Source: Podarcis melisellensis (taxonomy: Eukaryota). From it: a DNA stretch of 64,000 nt. Below are positions 57,948-64,000 of the stretch, piece after piece. The notes beneath the pieces are model-generated. The model made no database searches. It had not been told where the DNA came from and saw nothing but the letters and a program-made list of their open reading frames with translations. Within the stretch, counting starts at the first letter, position 1, and every line of letters starts with the position of its first letter. A program made the translations under genes and the position numbers. The DNA lies in the NCBI GenBank assembly GCA_964234715.1, contig OZ174284.1. One strand, written 5' to 3'.

Positions 57948-58934
57948 CTAAAACAAACGACAATACAACAAAATAAACACTAAATGCAAATATAACTATG
58001 AAGATCAGAAGAGTCACTTTGGGGAGTTAGCTGAATGACTAGCATATGCTCATGGATTCCAGAAAATGTGAGCATGCAAACCTTTGCTGATATTCTAACT
58101 TTCTCTATCATCATCTCAAACAACTGCTCTGGGACATTATTAGGTTCCCCCGCTGCTCCTAAAATCAACTAATCCATATAACAGTGGTTATATCTAGAAT
58201 CTAGAATATCTAGAGTGGCACTCGGTTACTGTGTACCCTTAGATAAGTGTACTGAAACTGCAGCATGTGAAGCCTACGTATTCAAGGCTACATCCCTGAA
58301 GGCATTAACTGAGAAAACCTACCTGGACAGGATCATAAGTTAATGGTATGGTTTATGCTTTAATTCCAGATGTCTCCATTCAAGGGTGATGTGAAAGACC
58401 TTTGTCTGAATCTAAGGCCCTAGGCAGCCATTGTCAGTTAGTGTAGACCAAAGGCTTCCAACTTTTTTGGTATGGTAACCCACAAGTCCAAATTTACTTG
58501 GTATGGTCACCCATCATTTTACTGTCACATGGATTTTGGACTTTACTGCCACCAAAGAGCAGTCCCCAAGCATTAAAATGTAAGACTCAAGCATTTCCGA
58601 AGTTTGGTTATAGGTGTCAACACAACATTATAATATGCCAACAAAACAAAAAGCTGTTAAGAGATATTTATGATACCAATTAGGGATTACAAGCTATAAT
58701 TATATTGGATTTACTTATAAAGCTTGCAACCCATCTGCACAGGCTACACGGCCTACTTGCAAGTCATGACTCACAGGTGGGGAGACACTGATATAGGCAA
58801 TTCTGGGACAAATGGATAGCTTCCTATGTTCATAAGCCAAAAAGGACATGCCACTGCTCTGGGTAGAGAAATCCAACCTGTCCAGAAAGGCATATGACCA
58901 TGTTTTCTAAATGTGCTACTGCAATGGAATAGGG

Positions 58935-59185
58935 CAGGGGTCAGCAAACTTTTTCAGCAGGGGGCCGGTCCACTGTCCCTCAGATCTTGTGGGGGGCTGG
59001 ACTATATTTTGAAGGGGAAAAAAGAACGAATTCCTATGCCCCGCAAATAACCGTTAGTTGAATTTTAAATAAAAGGACACATTCTACTCATGTAAAAACA
59101 CGCTGATTCCCAGACCGTCCACAGGCCAGATTTAGAAGGTGATTGGGACGGATCCGGCCCCTGGACCTTAGTTTGCCTACCCATG
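58935..59185. mobile_element. hAT (Charlie-like) non-autonomous element
   Basis: CAGGGGTCAGCAAACT ... AGTTTGCCTACCCATG termini with GGGCC/GGCCC subterminal motifs. Confidence 0.7.
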
Positions 59186-59226
59186 GTCTAGGTGAGCACC
59201 TGAAGACATATTGGTGCCTGATAATC

Positions 59227-59290
59227 AAACAATGGTTTCTAGCTATGAGAAACAACAAAACAATGGTTTCTAGTTATGAGAAACGATAAA
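59227..59290. repeat. 31-bp tandem duplication
   Basis: AAACAATGGTTTCTAG(C/T)TATGAGAAAC occurs twice. Confidence 0.85.
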
Positions 59291-62200
59291 ATAAAACTGA
59301 AGTGTATTGCCATGGGCTCCTGAGAAGCCCAGAAAATCTGCAGGTGTTAAAAAGAAAGGCCAAATTGTAGTCTTTTGTGGAGGAAGTATATGTAACTTGA
59401 CATCAATGGGAACTGATCACACAGAGCCAAGGGCAGACTTTTAGTCATACTTTCTCCTGATATAATGCCACCAGAAATCCAGTATCTTCTACATTTCCCT
59501 TCAGAGGAATCTTGAAGCAAGCAAGACTTACAGGTAGAAAAGGTCACCTAACACACAGTAATCCTGCACAGGGATTATTAGGAATAGGCAGAAAGATATT
59601 CAGTTTCACTTACAGAGCAAACACTAAATTAGACTCCATGTGCTAGGAACATTTTGAAATCAAATGATGATCTTGAAATTAAAAGCTAAGAGAACACTCT
59701 GTAAAGAAATCTACTGATATGAACTAAGACTGGATAGAAATAAGTTGAATACAAAGGAACTGACTGCTCCTGGGAAAGATGAGAAAATGGTTAGCATTCT
59801 GTCCCCTGGAAGTGTGTAATGAAAGAGGATACTGTAAAATGACCATAATGTATGTTTAGGAAATCAGGGGAGAAAACCACAAAAATGCTAGATGAATTGC
59901 ATGCTTTTAAATGTATTTATTAGTTGCCTCATAAAATAATTGCTCTAAGCAATATACAAACCATTAAATGGGTGATTTGTACAAACCATCAAATTTGAAA
60001 CAAAACAAAAATGTGCATGCCATTGTGAATGCAGTTAGATTTGGTGATGGGGCTGAGCCAGTGTACATGAAGGACAGAAACATGTATGACTCTTACAGGG
60101 ACCAGAAAATCACATAGTAGAGTGATTGTTCTGCTTCAGATTCCAGGTCAGAGAGTCTGCTGCTGAAATACTCGCCCACATAAAAGATCCTCACTTGTGG
60201 GAAATGAATCTTTAAGAGAGAAAGGTTCCCACCCAGCCCTCTACTTTACATGCTAGCACTCTGCATGTCAAGTGTCACATGTTTAACAGTGAAAAGCATT
60301 TTAAAAAATGACCCCAATTAAGTTAGTGTCCAACTAAGGAGCCAAACTATATGTGATGGGGCAGCACCATCCTCTGCCCCATTGATATTTAAAGAAGGAT
60401 GGAAAATGATACCTTCTTGCCTACCTTACCTTGCTGCACTCCATTGCTTTAAGCATTCATTCCCAATTTGGTGTCCCCTCCAAATGTTTTGGACAACTCC
60501 CCTAATCCCCAGTCACATGACCATGCTGGCTGAGGATAAGGGAAGGTGTAGTAAAAATAAATAAATCTGGAGTGTCCTCCAGGTGTTATTGAACTCCAAC
60601 TCCCATCTGCCCCAGCCAGCATGACAAATGGTGATGCATGATGGGAGTTGGAGTCCAGCAACACCATCATGTCGGCTATCCCTGGCTTAAAGAAACAGAC
60701 TGCCACAAGATAATGTCAGTTAGGAAGCTTGTGATCGCTTTGCTCCTTTCTGCCAAGCTTGTTGGTAGACCTGCTCCAAGATAAGTAATCAAGGCTTGGG
60801 CACCAACCAAAGCAAAAAGTTACCTAATTGGAGTGGAGGGAGAGTCTCTGAGGAGCACTAAATTCTAATTTATTTCACCTTATGTATTTTAATTGCAATC
60901 CTTTAGTGCCACAGTAAAAAATAAAAATCCAACACTTTGCAACAGAAGATAAGTTAGAATTGGTGCCTGCCTTCTCATTCCCACGCTGTTTCTTTTCTGC
61001 CTTTTCTGCCAAGAGGAAGAGGCAGTCAAATGTTTTAAATACATTACAGAAAGGAAAGAAGGAGACTGTGCATCAGGGACGCCATCTGGGGTGGCAGGGG
61101 TGGGTGGGACAAGGCTCCCCCAATTTTCAAGCAAGGGGCCGGGCCCCACCAGGCCTTCCCATGGCCACAACGGGCCCCAGTCTGAAATCACGGAGACCTG
61201 TGCCAGCCAGTGCAAACTATACCGTACTATATGGACCAAATAATTCAGTTTAAGGCAGATTCCCATCACCTTGTCCCAAGTTTATCCAATGTTCAGTGTG
61301 AGAAAATATATGAACTGCACATGAATTCTTATTGTGCAGCTTGCTTTAAGCCAAATCATACTGTCTGCTTCAACAGGCAGCAGGACTCCAAAGCAAGTTC
61401 CTCTCGGCTACAGAGGTCTTTGGCAGCCCTAGTATCTGAGAGTATTTGAAACTAGGATCATTTGCACACAAGCACATGGTCTACCACTGGCTGATGGTCC
61501 CTGCTTACTTAAAAATGAATGGCTAAAGTAAGTGTCTAGATTGAAGTCTGAAGTGAAGAGATGTTGAGCAATTGGTAATGCTAACAAACATGGCACAAGG
61601 CTAGGAAATGTATTGTCCTAAACATAAGACATTCCATAGTTTGATATTTGAACAGCCATCACACAAAGTATCTATTTAGCTTTTCCAGCTTATTCTTGTA
61701 AGATTAAACAATACCAACAAATGTGGGATTATTATTGTATTCCCCCGCCCTTGTGTAAGACTCTTCAGATGACCATCTTTTCCTTATCCAGTAGTAACTC
61801 ATTCAACACTTGAGCAATATCCTGTTGCTGACGGTGCTCTTTATTGAGCATTCATTCTGACCTGTTTGCAGGGAGATTAGATGCCACTGGCTATTTAATG
61901 AGCATCCATCCTGATTTGCTTGCAGGAAGATTATATGATGTTGCATATAATGTTGCATCAAGCACCCTCACACACTTTCCACTGCATTTTCTTGCCACAT
62001 TTCTTATCACCACCAATCCAATATTCTGGGAACGTGGGTGTATTATCGAGGATCTCCCAATCATCTATAGCTGTTTAACCTGAATTTGCTGGTATATAAT
62101 TGAATCCCACCTGAAAACAGTGGCAGTCTGGAAGCATCCTAGGTTTCTACAGATGGCGCCACATCATCCTTCTCTACCCTGGACATTTTTTAGTGCTAAA

Positions 62201-63227
62201 AAGGCAGCCAGCCCTGATTCTCTCTAGTTCTCTTTGCGCTGAGTTTTCTTTGGGTACAAATCATGCATGAGCTCCATGAAAACTGATTAAACATCGCTTT
62301 GTAAGATTACTTGTACATTATTAAGAAGCACATACATCATTAATATTAGTCAACATTTGTGAGCTAGGGAACCTCAAGAGGTTGGTGGTAACAGCTAGAC
62401 GCAATGAATAGCTTGACAAAATAGATTTTTAAAAATGTTAGTTAGAGTCGAGCTAAGGGTCTTCCACAACAGAGCACGATTAATCAGAGGTGATGCATAA
62501 ATTGTTGCTGGGAGCAATGACATGACTCTCTTTTGAAAGGATTTTTAAAACATGTGTAGCAAAAGCTCAGATTTAAGAACATAGTCTGAGGTCTATGAGT
62601 ATCAGACCAGAAGAGGGCATACAAGTCCTAGAATCAGTACATTCTTATTCCAACACAGGAAGTCTCAGCAAGCACTTCCTTGTTATGAAAAACAGCAGGG
62701 GTCTTCGTGAAACCACTGTTGAAATATCCCTTTGGGAGATATTATGACTAAGGATTTAAGTGCAAGGTAATCCAAGGTTAGTTTCCAGATAAATCCATGC
62801 TGATGCACTATATTTTCTGTGACAGTAGTTAATTGCATGTTATATTAGCATGCCACATTGGTGTACCTGATGTTCACTTCTCATATGGAGAATGCAAGAC
62901 GCACATTTATGGAGACTTCGGGTCCAGGTTATTCTGAACTGTTTTAACACAGAGGTACTGAAAGTGATGACAGGTAATGCCACAACAGTCACCAGCATTT
63001 AGAATAAATCTACCTCAGGGGAGAATTCACACCTTAAGCAGAGGGAAGGGATTCATTCCATTCTTCCCTGTTCACTGAAATTTTATAAACTTGTCTTTTT
63101 TATTTGATTTGGTAAATAGAGATGCAAAAGCTCAGAAAAAATGCTACTCATCCCCCTCCTCCTGGCACAATTTATTTCCTTCCACATGCACAGAACTTAA
63201 TGAAGCCTTTCCTTATCTTCTATTCTA

Positions 63228-63468
63228 TAGCAGTGCCTCTGCTGTCGAATGTAATCCATTCTGGAAGACTGTTCGACTTCCAAAATGTTTGACAACCGAG
63301 GCACAATGGGCGGTCGGAAAATTCCATCGAGAGATTGGAGAAATGCACCTCAGAAGCCATTCGACTTCCGAGGCACGTTCGAAAACAGAAACATTCACTT
63401 CTGGGTTTTAGGCATTCAGGTTCCGAATTGTTCAGCTTCCAAGATGCTTGAAAGCCAAGATCCACTGT
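63228..63468. mobile_element. Tigger-like MITE, diverged
   Basis: Ends ...CCACTG|TA; repeated TTCGACTTCC motifs; residual CpGs. Confidence 0.55.
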
Positions 63469-63495
63469 ATTGTGTTACCTAGTTTATATATATAA

Positions 63496-63882
63496 GGAAC
63501 ACGGGTGGCGCTGTGGTCTAAACCACGGAGCCTCTTGGGCTTGCCAATCAGAATCTCGGAGGTTCAAATCCCTGCACCGGGGTGAGCTCCCGTTGCTCAG
63601 ATCCAGCTCCTGCCAACCTAGCAGTTTGAAAGCACATCAAAAAGTGCAAGTAGATAAATGGGTACCACTCTGGTGGGAAGGTAAATGGCGTTTCCATGCG
63701 CTGCTCTAGTTTCGATATTCTGTTGCGCAAGAAACGGCTTAGTCATGCTGGCCACATGACCCAGAAAAACTGTCTGCGGACAAACACCAGCTCCCTCAGC
63801 CTATAGAGCGAGATGAGTGCCGTAATCCCAGAGTCATCTGTGACTGCCCTTAACTGTCAGGGGTCCTTTACCCCCCCTTTTT
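63496..63882 (+). mobile_element. Full-length Sauria SINE
   Basis: A box TGGCGCTGTGG, B box GGTTCAAATCC, diagnostic body, 13-bp TSD TAGTTTATATATA (63480-63492, 63883-63895). Confidence 0.92.
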
Positions 63883-64000
63883 TAGTTTATATATAGTGAA
63901 ACAAAGTTTATCTCCAATTTCCCTACGTGTGTGTATATGTGTGTGTGTTTCATATCTCTAACAATACTAATACATACCCTTGTCAAATTACTGAATTTGT

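Noticed and set aside
57948-64000. Search for further ABTB3 exons
   Set aside because: No segment translating to the expected upstream ankyrin-linker sequence was found; treated as intron.

Overview
AT-rich vertebrate genomic DNA from a squamate reptile, probably a lacertid lizard; this is inferred from the Sauria and Squam3-type SINEs, lizard CR1 tails and a Penelope remnant. It carries the conserved ABTB3(BTBD11)-PWP1-PRDM4 block. PRDM4 is on the + strand, with 10 coding exons at 4007-15194 and 792 aa from Met4007. PWP1 is complete on the - strand, with 15 exons at 32207-16238, 500 aa, one GC-AG intron and a CpG-island promoter at about 31.9-32.7 kb. The last six coding exons of ABTB3 are on the - strand at 57947-49628. 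All exon chains were checked by hand for splice dinucleotides and reading-frame phase. The rest is intron or intergenic DNA with many MITEs, SINEs and LINE fragments. Most short ORFs in the track are noise or repeat-derived. I found no convincing new protein-coding system. The best leads are RNA-level or regulatory: (1) a Penelope-type fold-back insertion carrying two degenerate minimal hammerhead-ribozyme motifs; (2) a tandem splice donor that would give an NMD-escaping PRDM4 lacking its last two zinc fingers; (3) a young 844-bp MITE built from nested palindromes; (4) a MITE-borne ZNF143/THAP11-type motif in the PWP1 promoter; (5) tightly convergent PRDM4/PWP1 3' ends; (6) an orphan mRNA-3'-end-like signature about 15 kb downstream of the ABTB3 stop.
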